Shown here one piece after another: positions 11,142-20,091 of a stretch of DNA of 64,000 nt. Numbering within the stretch: position 1 is the first letter of the stretch; the number at the start of each line of letters is the position of its first letter. The position numbers and the translations under genes are program-made. The stretch spans positions 448,001-512,000 of the forward strand of contig CAVZZA010000001.1 of the NCBI GenBank assembly GCA_963779615.1, read 5' to 3'. The DNA comes from an uncultured Nitrososphaeraceae archaeon (GTDB lineage: Archaea > Thermoproteota > Nitrososphaeria > Nitrososphaerales > Nitrososphaeraceae). The notes beneath the pieces are model-generated. The model was not told the origin of the DNA, did not search any database, and worked only from the letters and a program-made list of their open reading frames with translations.

Positions 11142-11666
11142 CTATATCGGTTTTTTTGGGATGTTTCCTATCATATTCCATTCAATCAACGCGCCAATAA
11201 ATAACATACTGATCACCAAACCAATTTCAACCAATAAATACACTATTGATTTTTTGGATATTCTCCTTTTCGAAATTTCATAAAGAAAAATACCCCCCCT
11301 GGAAAGTGCTATGCCATATGACATTAACTCTAAAATCCCAAAGGGTGTCAGAAAAACTATTAATGGATTGGGGTATTGTACATTTGACAAATTCGTTATT
11401 GAATTAAAAATCAACCCTGTAGAAAATGCAGAAAAGCTGCCTATAACGATACCTATTATAGGAATAAACATGGCTAAAGCTATTTTAAGATTATTTAAAA
11501 AGATACCAGTTTCGTTGATGCCTTGTATTTGCTCAATAAAGTTCTTGGATAACTCTTCAGAAAATGATTTGTCTATTTTGATTGAGAATCCCAATTGAAA
11601 AAGACCTAGGAAAAAGAACATAGCGATAAAGAAAAAGAATAACCTTTGTTTAAAGTCAAATAACAT
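11142..11666 (-). CDS. SpoIIM-family (DUF95) membrane protein
   Basis: IFLNN, PFGILE and GALIE motifs; multiple transmembrane segments. Confidence 0.8.
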   Translation of the reverse strand: MLFDFKQRLFFFFIAMFFFLGLFQLGFSIKIDKSFSEELSKNFIEQIQGINETGIFLNNLKIALAMFIPIIGIVIGSFSAFSTGLIFNSITNLSNVQYPNPLIVFLTPFGILELMSYGIALSRGGIFLYEISKRRISKKSIVYLLVEIGLVISMLFIGALIEWNMIGNIPKKPI

Positions 11667-11748
11667 TTAAACATAGGTGTTTTTTATCGGTATAAAAATT
11701 TGTCATTATAAAGATTTAAAAAATATCCCTTAAAAGTACAAGTGACTA

Positions 11749-13407
11749 GTGACGGTTAATAACAATTTATCTAAAATAATTTCTTTTGTAACCAGCAAAG
11801 GCTTTCAAATCCACCCTGACGCGTTATTCTTAATAGAAAAACTAAAGGATGACTATTCTCAAATTATAGAGGATATCCTTTCAGACAAGAGAAAGAAGAA
11901 AGAAGAATCAATGGTCATAATAACAGACGATATAAAAAATTTTGTAAAGGATTCATCATTTACAATATCTACTGAAAACAACAAGAACAAATTAATTGTT
12001 TCTGCAGCAGGAGCAACAGAAGAGCATGATCAATACAGTGAAGATAAGGAAATATCAAAAGAACACTCGAGTCTATATTCAACCAAAAAAGATAGACTTT
12101 ATAAACACAGGGAGATAACGGAGGAAGGTTTTAAAATCGTCTATGATTCGAACGATAAAATTAATAGCGGGGAAGGAGTAGAGGGATATGCATCGCTATT
12201 TAGAAGCAGATACGAAAAATCACTAAAGATACTTTCCCTAAGGCAAGACAGCAAGAAGGTAAAAAAGATAGAAATAATTAAACAACTGTTTAATCAGTCA
12301 AAAATAAACTATAATTCAATGTCCAAAGAACTTTCTAATAATTCGTTATTTGTGGCAGGATTGATAATGAATAAGGACATAAAAAACAACAACTATGATA
12401 TAACCATCGACGATCAAACGGGTTTGCTAACAGCTACCACCTATAATGACGAATTAAAAAAACAGATTTCCATGCTAACTGTGGATCAAATGGTCATGAT
12501 CGAGTTTGAGAATAACTTACAAAGGAAAAAGAACACAATTAAAAACTTATTTTCTTTGGATATTCCCGATAGGATTCCAAATAAATCAAAATCAGAAATA
12601 TTCAGTATTTTGATTTCTGACTTACACATAGGGAGCAAATTTTTCATGGAAAAAGAATTCCAAAACTTTTTGGAATGGCTCAATGGGAAAAAAGAGGGGG
12701 GGGAAGGGGAAGGGGAAAATAATGACGACATTATCGCTAAAATAAAATATATTTGTATTTGTGGGGATTTGATAGATGGTATTGGAATATTCCCAAACCA
12801 AGATAAAGAACTGTTGGAAAAAGATTCTTTTTCTCAAATGGACCATGCAATAAGCATTTTGTCAAAAATACCAAAACATATGAAAGTTTTCCTGATACCA
12901 GGGAACCATGATTTAGGGAGAAGAGCATTGCCCCAACCGGCTATACCAAAAAAATACGCAGAAAAATTATACTCTTTGGATAATGTTACCATGTTGGGAA
13001 ATCCATGTATGATCAATATGGAGGGAATAAAGATACTGATGTTTCATGGTCAAAGCCTAGATGACATAATTGCATCCATTCCAGGTCTTAGTTATTCCAA
13101 ACCTGCAGAAGCTATGAAAGTATTGCTAAAATCTAGGCATCTTTCACCAATATATGGTCAAAGGACACCCATCGCCCCGGAAAAGGAAGACATGATGATA
13201 ATAGAGGAGGTTCCGGATGTACTTCACTCAGGCCATGTCCATGTAATAGACGTGGATAGCTATAAAGGAACATTGCTGGTGAATTCGGGGGCATGGCAAT
13301 CCCAGACCCCTTTCCAGCAAACAATGGGCATAACACCAACACCCGGAATAGCAATAGCAATTAACCTGTCCAATTTAAAACCCTATAAAGTCGATTTTAA
13401 TAGTTAG
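11749..13407 (+). CDS. polB: DNA polymerase D small subunit (DP1)
   Basis: ISDLHIGS, GDLIDG, PGNHD, FHGQS, HSGHVH and NSGAWQ phosphoesterase motifs. Confidence 0.96.
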   Translation: MTVNNNLSKIISFVTSKGFQIHPDALFLIEKLKDDYSQIIEDILSDKRKKKEESMVIITDDIKNFVKDSSFTISTENNKNKLIVSAAGATEEHDQYSEDKEISKEHSSLYSTKKDRLYKHREITEEGFKIVYDSNDKINSGEGVEGYASLFRSRYEKSLKILSLRQDSKKVKKIEIIKQLFNQSKINYNSMSKELSNNSLFVAGLIMNKDIKNNNYDITIDDQTGLLTATTYNDELKKQISMLTVDQMVMIEFENNLQRKKNTIKNLFSLDIPDRIPNKSKSEIFSILISDLHIGSKFFMEKEFQNFLEWLNGKKEGGEGEGENNDDIIAKIKYICICGDLIDGIGIFPNQDKELLEKDSFSQMDHAISILSKIPKHMKVFLIPGNHDLGRRALPQPAIPKKYAEKLYSLDNVTMLGNPCMINMEGIKILMFHGQSLDDIIASIPGLSYSKPAEAMKVLLKSRHLSPIYGQRTPIAPEKEDMMIIEEVPDVLHSGHVHVIDVDSYKGTLLVNSGAWQSQTPFQQTMGITPTPGIAIAINLSNLKPYKVDFNS

Positions 13408-13438
13408 GATGCCTAAACACACTCACTTGCTTGCTTAC

Positions 13439-16400
13439 CTAAAGGAAATCAAGAAGGGTGGGTTGGCTTTCTTTTGTTTTAAAAATAAAATTTAATTCGA
13501 CAATCAGGGATTCAACCCGGCTTTTTAGGTAACCCGTAACTTTGAAATTATTACACAGATCTTCTGCTAGAGCCACGTATTTTTCAACGGACCCCCGTGT
13601 CACTGTTTGTAACAAGGTATTTCCACACCCCAAGCATTTACCCAATAAGGGGATTCTTCTGTATTTCTCGCCGCATTTATTACACCTAAATGACTGTGAT
13701 GAATATGAACGCATGTTACCCATTATATCAGGTATTATGTGTGTAGTTAATACCATTGAGATAACCTCGTTTGTATCTACAGAGTTTATCAAATTAGCGG
13801 TAGAAATTTGCATTTCCAATTTTTCCCTCATTGTATTTAGGGTAGAATAGGCACTACGGTTATCATTGGAAATGAGAACATTACTATGATGGGTATACCC
13901 ATAATCATAAAACTGTCTGTCCTCACCTATCCTATTTTTCAATATTTCAATCAAATTAGAGGCATCAGACGCTTTGACTCCCTGCTGCCATGTGTAATTG
14001 TAAAACTCAAGCGGGTATTTTTCATCTATATCAACAGTGTGCGCTTGCCTTTGTACCTCATGTGGCAATATGATTGGTTGGATAAGCAAAGGTGCATCCA
14101 TTAATCCACCTATTTTGTCTGGTAAAAATGAGTATGAAAAATTTAAAAATGCATCAGATAACAGCATGATGGAATCAGCATCACCATCGCAGTCCCTTCG
14201 TTTGGCAGAATGCCATATGGGGGAACCCAAGCAGACTTGTGACTCTGTAAATCCTATAATTCGCCCAATAATACCAACAGAGGTGTGGGGTGCTAGTCCA
14301 ACTATTAATTGTCCAACCAAGTCATCAACAGAGTAGGCATTGTAAAATGGAGATAAATTGTATATTGCCACTAATTCTTCATCAATGAATTTAGCAGTTT
14401 TTAACAAGTGTTTTGCAGATTCTAAAGGGATGATAACATCCTGATTTAAGAGCTCTATGACTTGGTCACTGGAATTTATTTCATTGTTGTACCAATCTCG
14501 CGTGTAACCCAGGTCATGCAGTTTTGGAATGGAAATATTAATAAAAGCGGGCATAAAATGCGTAAGAGGCTCATTTGTGGCATCGAATCTTATTGTGCCA
14601 TCTTTAAACACCGATAACCCATATTTTTGCCTTAGGACACCCTTTTCAATGGGTTCTGCTTCCTTATCTTTACCCATCAGGGATTTTACACCCTTCAATG
14701 GGGAACTTATTCTACAACCTAATTTTGTCTCGGCTTTTTCAAGGACATTTTTTAGCGGGAACTGAATTGGGGAAAATGTTTTATAATCGTTACCACATTT
14801 TATACATTTATTTTTTCTTTTATCATCATTGAGGGTGTCAAAGGAAATTTCTGATGATTCCACTTTACATACCTTGCAGATAACTTTGATAGGTGTAGGG
14901 GTGTCACAATAAATGCAATTAGTGCTTAATGATGGGATATTGCATTTACGGCAAAATCGGTTTGATTTTTCAGAGTAAAAAGAAGATGAGCCTGACGCCT
15001 TTAATATATCCCGCATAGGCCCGCCTTTGCTGCCAACTGGAAATAGGACATGAATTGGTGGTTTCATCTTACGTTCTGCGGCTTTTTCCGGCCTACCAAC
15101 TCTTACAGAAATAGAGGAAGAAAATTTTGGGCGTATTTTTATGCCAGAAACAAGGTTTAACAAATCAACGACTTTGAAATCATTCTCCTTATTTTCGGCT
15201 AAAAGGTTAATTTTGTCCTGCAGCTTGAAAATTTGTTTGTCTTTTTTTAATAGAGCAAGAAGGTCTGGTATGGAAATGGAGACGGGAAAGGCATTAGTTA
15301 AAAAATATTGGTGCTGAATTTCAGGTATGCATAAACAAATTAAAGAAACGGCCTGGGGGTGATCTGATAAAATTATAGCTTGTTTGGTACTATCAATTTT
15401 ATGGAATACACCTAGTTTCTCAAGGATAGCTTTCAAGTCATGGTTATACGAAATTTCGATTATTTGTTTACTATAACTACCTTCAGTGATAGACAATAAG
15501 GCATTTCGGATGAACAAAAACTCTCTTAGATTAATGGATTCCCAATAAAAGGAATATTTTGGATGTAGTGGGATATTAAACTGTGAAGATATCATTAATG
15601 CTTCCTCAATAGAGGGTATTTTTGTAAATGGATTTAGGCAAAACTCAACTAATTCATTATATTTTAAACCATGAGATTTATTATCGATTTCTTTTATTTC
15701 TTTTACCCTTTCAAATAATTCTAATGCCCAAATCTCTTCAACATAACTCGCAGGTAATAGCTGCGCATTATTTTCTAAAAAATCACCATAGCTTATTAAA
15801 ATGTCACCCAAATACAATATTTTATCGATTTGAGTTTTTAAGTTCTGTGCCTGTTCTTTAGTATTAATCTGTAAAACAGTCCCATCGTTTAATTTTACAA
15901 TAGGGGGTTCAATGGTGTCTATTAGGGCAATGGTTGAAGCCTTGCCCGGTACATCCATTTTTATTTGAGTGCCAACAACAATAGCATTTTGCAACAAAAC
16001 AGGGATGGTATTATGGATTCCTACTGTTGCGAAACCAGTATTAAAACATCGTCCATAACGCAACCTAAATCCTCCAATATTTTTGTTCATCGATAAAACT
16101 GGCCTCCCAGTTATAACTTCAGACATCCTATGGCTTACCGTATCATCGTTTCCGGTTTGAATTGCCCCTTTTAACCTTCCAAGCCAATCCCAGCCTTCAA
16201 TGCTTAATGTTTCTACCAATTTTGAAAGTTTTCTGCTTCTTCCAATTAAGCCATCATTCATAACTCTAAGAGCCCCACCCCTAACCCTATTAGTTTGGAT
16301 TCTCTTTAATCCGCGATGGATTACTAATTCAACGGGATCGGTATCTACCCCAGCCAGCTCAACTGGCAGGTTTGAAATGCAATTATTAATATCTTCGTCC

Positions 16401-17041
16401 AATACCTTAAATTGGAAGTTGCCTACCTCCCTTTCGTATAGTCTTAATTCCTCAATAAATCTTCCTGTTTCATCATCAAATGAATTAGCTTGATATTTAT
16501 CAAGTCCAGTAACCTTTCTAACTTGGTCTGCAATCAACATAGTAAGGGCAGCTTCGGTTCCTCCTGCTGACCGTATGGGGCCGGCAAAAGAAACGGAAAG
16601 ATAGTGTGACCCATCCTTATTGTCCTTAATCTGTACATCTGATATCCCTTGCAGGGGTGCTACAGTAACTCCCTCTGTTACAACAGCCAAGCTTACCCTA
16701 ACTGCGTTCTCTAACCGTGTTTTAAGGTCACCAGTTCCGTACTCTCCAAGTGCAATTTCCTCAGCAATTTTTAAAGCTGCCTTTTCCTTTGTGGTATGGC
16801 TTAGCAGGGACCTCAATCTATCGGAAATATCAATATTGTGCATTTTTGCTACTCTGTCAGATAGATCATATGCTATTTTTGGCTCCACAGTGGTAGTAAT
16901 ATCATATCCTTTTTGTCTCGCTTTGCGGATTTGAGCGTATAGTTTGTTGACCTGTTCCAAAATATTTATTTGGTAGTCAACATAATGCTGTGGAATTGAT
17001 ATACTTTTTAATCTTATTTTAGCTTCATCTACTAAAGTCAT
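13439..17041 (-). CDS. polC: DNA polymerase D large subunit (DP2)
   Basis: AGPIRSAGGT, GGFRLRYGR, RVGRPEKA, catalytic RRDCDGDADS, Zn fingers, C-terminal PIP box QPTLLDF. Confidence 0.98.
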   Translation of the reverse strand: MTLVDEAKIRLKSISIPQHYVDYQINILEQVNKLYAQIRKARQKGYDITTTVEPKIAYDLSDRVAKMHNIDISDRLRSLLSHTTKEKAALKIAEEIALGEYGTGDLKTRLENAVRVSLAVVTEGVTVAPLQGISDVQIKDNKDGSHYLSVSFAGPIRSAGGTEAALTMLIADQVRKVTGLDKYQANSFDDETGRFIEELRLYEREVGNFQFKVLDEDINNCISNLPVELAGVDTDPVELVIHRGLKRIQTNRVRGGALRVMNDGLIGRSRKLSKLVETLSIEGWDWLGRLKGAIQTGNDDTVSHRMSEVITGRPVLSMNKNIGGFRLRYGRCFNTGFATVGIHNTIPVLLQNAIVVGTQIKMDVPGKASTIALIDTIEPPIVKLNDGTVLQINTKEQAQNLKTQIDKILYLGDILISYGDFLENNAQLLPASYVEEIWALELFERVKEIKEIDNKSHGLKYNELVEFCLNPFTKIPSIEEALMISSQFNIPLHPKYSFYWESINLREFLFIRNALLSITEGSYSKQIIEISYNHDLKAILEKLGVFHKIDSTKQAIILSDHPQAVSLICLCIPEIQHQYFLTNAFPVSISIPDLLALLKKDKQIFKLQDKINLLAENKENDFKVVDLLNLVSGIKIRPKFSSSISVRVGRPEKAAERKMKPPIHVLFPVGSKGGPMRDILKASGSSSFYSEKSNRFCRKCNIPSLSTNCIYCDTPTPIKVICKVCKVESSEISFDTLNDDKRKNKCIKCGNDYKTFSPIQFPLKNVLEKAETKLGCRISSPLKGVKSLMGKDKEAEPIEKGVLRQKYGLSVFKDGTIRFDATNEPLTHFMPAFINISIPKLHDLGYTRDWYNNEINSSDQVIELLNQDVIIPLESAKHLLKTAKFIDEELVAIYNLSPFYNAYSVDDLVGQLIVGLAPHTSVGIIGRIIGFTESQVCLGSPIWHSAKRRDCDGDADSIMLLSDAFLNFSYSFLPDKIGGLMDAPLLIQPIILPHEVQRQAHTVDIDEKYPLEFYNYTWQQGVKASDASNLIEILKNRIGEDRQFYDYGYTHHSNVLISNDNRSAYSTLNTMREKLEMQISTANLINSVDTNEVISMVLTTHIIPDIMGNMRSYSSQSFRCNKCGEKYRRIPLLGKCLGCGNTLLQTVTRGSVEKYVALAEDLCNNFKVTGYLKSRVESLIVELNFIFKTKESQPTLLDFL

Positions 17042-17057
17042 GTATATTCAATGGAGT

Positions 17058-17795
17058 TTATGAGCGGATAGCCGCAATGATATTGGAAAATTTTTTTTCC
17101 CATTCAAGATCTTGCTCAAGCAAGGTTCCAATAACTAATATATCAGCCCCCGCATCTGTTAGCTCTTTTGCAACAACCGAATCTTTTATACCCCCACCGA
17201 CAATCAACAAGCCATCAAAGTATTTCCTTACACTAGAAACCATATTAGGAGATATATTTTTATGAGCACCAGAGCCAGCTTCCAAATATACAAACCTCAT
17301 ACCAAGGTATTGTGCGGCAAGTGAATACATAACAGCAATTTTGTTCTTCTCAAAAGGTATTCCTTTAGCACGCCCCACAAACCACGCTGTTGTATTCTCC
17401 CCAATTATTATATACCCTGTTGGCAGGGGCTCTATGCTATATTTTTTTACTAACAAAGATGCCAGTGCCTGTGCGCCTGAAATGAAATAGGGGTCTTCTG
17501 AATTCAATAGTGAGGTAAATAAAATAGCATCAGCGTTGGGAGAAACGCCTGTAACATTTCCAGGAAACAAAATAATAGGAATAGAAAGCACGGATTTTAT
17601 GGAAAGCACTAGTTTGTCTAAATCAAGCTGATCAATTGCTGATGAGCCGCCGACCAAAATGGCCGAAGCACCCAATGATTCAACCCTTTTTGCAACGTGG
17701 GAGACATCCTTAAAATTTTCAGAATCCAATAAAGCAAAGCATATCTTTTTGTGTTTTTTTAGTTCATCATTTATATAGTTTTCTACCCGTTTCAA
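17058..17795 (-). CDS. Geranylgeranylglyceryl phosphate synthase
   Basis: LVGGSS, LFPGN, YLEAGSGA and VGGGI motifs. Confidence 0.95.
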   Translation of the reverse strand: MKRVENYINDELKKHKKICFALLDSENFKDVSHVAKRVESLGASAILVGGSSAIDQLDLDKLVLSIKSVLSIPIILFPGNVTGVSPNADAILFTSLLNSEDPYFISGAQALASLLVKKYSIEPLPTGYIIIGENTTAWFVGRAKGIPFEKNKIAVMYSLAAQYLGMRFVYLEAGSGAHKNISPNMVSSVRKYFDGLLIVGGGIKDSVVAKELTDAGADILVIGTLLEQDLEWEKKFSNIIAAIRS

Positions 17796-17897
17796 CTTCG
17801 ATAATTAACTTTATTAATTATTTTTAATTTATTGATTATGCTATTGTAAACGCAATAATAAAGATATATAACAAAGCTATACAAAAATGTATAGTTT

Positions 17898-18266
17898 ATG
17901 AGTAATGACAATATTCAAAAAAATTTATTATTCTTAAAAATTGTTGAAAAATCTACATTTACAAACAGGCAAATACAAATTATTCACAATATTTGCAATA
18001 AACAGAATAGACTCAAAGGGATAAGCTCAGGGGCATACTATAGGGAGGTAAAACAATGTAAAGACAAAATAAGAAAATTGTATTATTCCCTTATCCTGTT
18101 AAGTTTAATGGACATTATTAACAATGAGCAACTTATCACGTTAAACCTGGCAGTAGAGAAGCTTTATAAATTAAAAGACAACAATCAGGATATACATCAC
18201 GATGTTCCTCTAAACTCTGTGATGGATGTTATTGAACAGATGCTTAATAAAATGATATTATTGTGA
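17898..18266 (+). CDS. Conserved hypothetical protein, origin-proximal
   Basis: Clean ORF; STFTNRQIQII..ISSGAYYR segment resembles a conserved thaumarchaeal protein (recalled, not searched). Confidence 0.65.
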   Translation: MSNDNIQKNLLFLKIVEKSTFTNRQIQIIHNICNKQNRLKGISSGAYYREVKQCKDKIRKLYYSLILLSLMDIINNEQLITLNLAVEKLYKLKDNNQDIHHDVPLNSVMDVIEQMLNKMILL

Positions 18267-18359
18267 TGTTTTGGTAAAACATTATCTAAAAAGTATAGCA
18301 CATGTTGACATATAATCACATACAATAAGGTTATATCACACCCGCCCATTAGAAAAACT

Positions 18360-19109
18360 GTGAGCAGCGATATTGCATCACTTGTCTTGGTTTACATCAT
18401 AATTCCATTTGGTTTGGGTTTGAGTTTATTCTCACTGATAATTAAAATCTACAATAAGTTAATGCGTAAAAGTATAGTAAGGCACCAGTTAGCACTGGAA
18501 ATTTCAGGACAACAAGAACAGATAGGAGAACTAAGGGAAAAAATTAATTTATTATCAGAAAACATAGAAATAATATTCTCTAGAACCAATCACACAAATT
18601 CAAAATTAGACAGCATCAATAACACACTAAAAACGCTCGAGGAAAATAGCTTGAATAAGAATTTAACACAATATCATGTAATACCATCCAAGTATACCCA
18701 TCCAAGTGACACAATCACTGAACAATCACATACAAATGATGTCAAAGCATCACACTCGCAGACAGGACAGACAGAAACGCCTAATGATGATCGCCAGAAT
18801 AGCACTATAGAATACATCTTGAAAAAATTAGAAAGTAATTCGCTAACTACAAGGGAAATACAGCAATACATAGGTAGGACCCGCGAGCACACATCGAGAC
18901 TTATGAAAAAATTATATGATGATAAATTTGTGGATAGGGATACAAGTTCTAAGCCTTTCAAATACACAATTACAAGCGAAGGTCATAGACTGTTGATAAA
19001 ATATTCTGTTTCAAAAAGTAATCATCGTTCTGTTTATCTGAAGAATAATGAGAATTTAACAGATGAGTTGGCTGGGACTGGAATTGGGTATCCTGTGAAT
19101 TCACAGTAA
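18360..19109 (+). CDS. Membrane-anchored coiled-coil protein with C-terminal winged HTH
   Basis: N-terminal hydrophobic helix, heptad region, S/T/H-rich linker, wHTH LTTREIQQYIGRTREHTSRLMKKLY...KPFKYTIT. Confidence 0.75.
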   Translation: MSSDIASLVLVYIIIPFGLGLSLFSLIIKIYNKLMRKSIVRHQLALEISGQQEQIGELREKINLLSENIEIIFSRTNHTNSKLDSINNTLKTLEENSLNKNLTQYHVIPSKYTHPSDTITEQSHTNDVKASHSQTGQTETPNDDRQNSTIEYILKKLESNSLTTREIQQYIGRTREHTSRLMKKLYDDKFVDRDTSSKPFKYTITSEGHRLLIKYSVSKSNHRSVYLKNNENLTDELAGTGIGYPVNSQ

Positions 19110-19567
19110 CATCTTTTTGAACTCTTATCAATTTATAAATCCATTCTTTTCCCCTTTTACTTCTCATCAATTTGTTTTTTTCAAAGTACCTGGATAAATA
19201 CGTGGATATCAAGCTTAATTGTAATTTTTCACCATACAGGCTTTCATAGGATTCGGTAACATTTGAAGAGGTGAAGGAACTAAAGGCAAAGTTTTTCTCA
19301 ATAAGAGCCCATATTCTTGACTCTATAGAATTTAGGGATGGGTCTATTCTACTGGTGTCTTTTAGGTACATTGTTATTGTTGGTTGAATTGTAGCTTGGT
19401 TTAGCCTCCAAAGCAATGTGGTCTTCTTTTGAAATATTTAATGATTCCACTAACTGAAGAACCTTCTGAATTTTGTCTTTTGATAGATTGCCCTCTAATG
19501 ACAGATTGTATTTTCCACCGTCATCATCTTCCAACTCTATTTTTATCTTTTTCTTTCCAGTGGACAA
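18970..19567 (-). CDS. Origin-adjacent conserved protein with C-terminal wHTH-like domain, split by a +1 frameshift near 19360
   Basis: ORFs 19349-19567 and 18970-19416 join if one A is removed from CCTAAAAGAC; the joined protein resembles the thaumarchaeal gene divergent from cdc6 (LSLISTYLSR..R.K.GKEW.Y). Confidence 0.65.
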
Positions 19568-20060
19568 TCTATCGTCTCTGTGAACTTGACAGCATGTGTG
19601 AACTTAACAATATAGTGTTAATTTAGATAACTAAAAGCTAAGTTTTTTTTTACCAAAACAAAGGTAGGTTTAACATCATTTGAAAGCTAAATGATAACAA
19701 TTTATCTGTAAATTGATTAATAAAGGTTCCAGTGGAAATAAAGGGGTTGATTCACGGTTGTTAGCTTTGTTAAAAATACAGGTACTGTTCCAGTGGAAAT
19801 AAAGGGGTTGATTCACGGTTGTTAACAGAAGATTATTATCTGTTAAGCACAATGTTAATATATAATAAAAACTCCCAGACCCCTTAGTTTCTAATGCAAT
19901 TATATTATTTTACGTTTAATTATATTAATATATATTTTAATATTTAGTTAATAAAAGTTGATTAAGTGCTTTATAAATAAATGTAAACAAAAGTTAACAT
20001 ATTTACAATGTTATTATCTTATACCATTCGAATAGAAAGAAAGGGGTGTCTGTGTTAAAA
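19555..20060. other. Chromosomal replication origin (oriC) with ORB elements
   Basis: Two copies of GTTCCAGTGGAAATAAAGGGG; inverted ORB-like element at 19878-19899; ORB-like element at 20027-20047; mini-ORB at 19555-19564; AT-rich tracts; directly upstream of cdc6. Confidence 0.92.
19726..19824 (+). repeat. Two identical 38-bp ORB-containing direct repeats (19726-19763 and 19787-19824)
   Basis: gttccagtggaaataaaggggttgattcacggttgtta, twice. Confidence 0.95.
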
Positions 20061-20091
20061 TACCGCAAACAAAGGCTGGGAGAAAGAGATA

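Noticed and set aside
13439-17041. Intein in PolD DP2
   Set aside because: The extra length is low-complexity insertion. There are no intein splice-junction (C...HN) or LAGLIDADG motifs, and the catalytic region is contiguous.
19726-19824. Mini-CRISPR (two 38-bp repeats with a 23-bp spacer)
   Set aside because: The repeats contain the canonical ORB sequence and lie beside cdc6.
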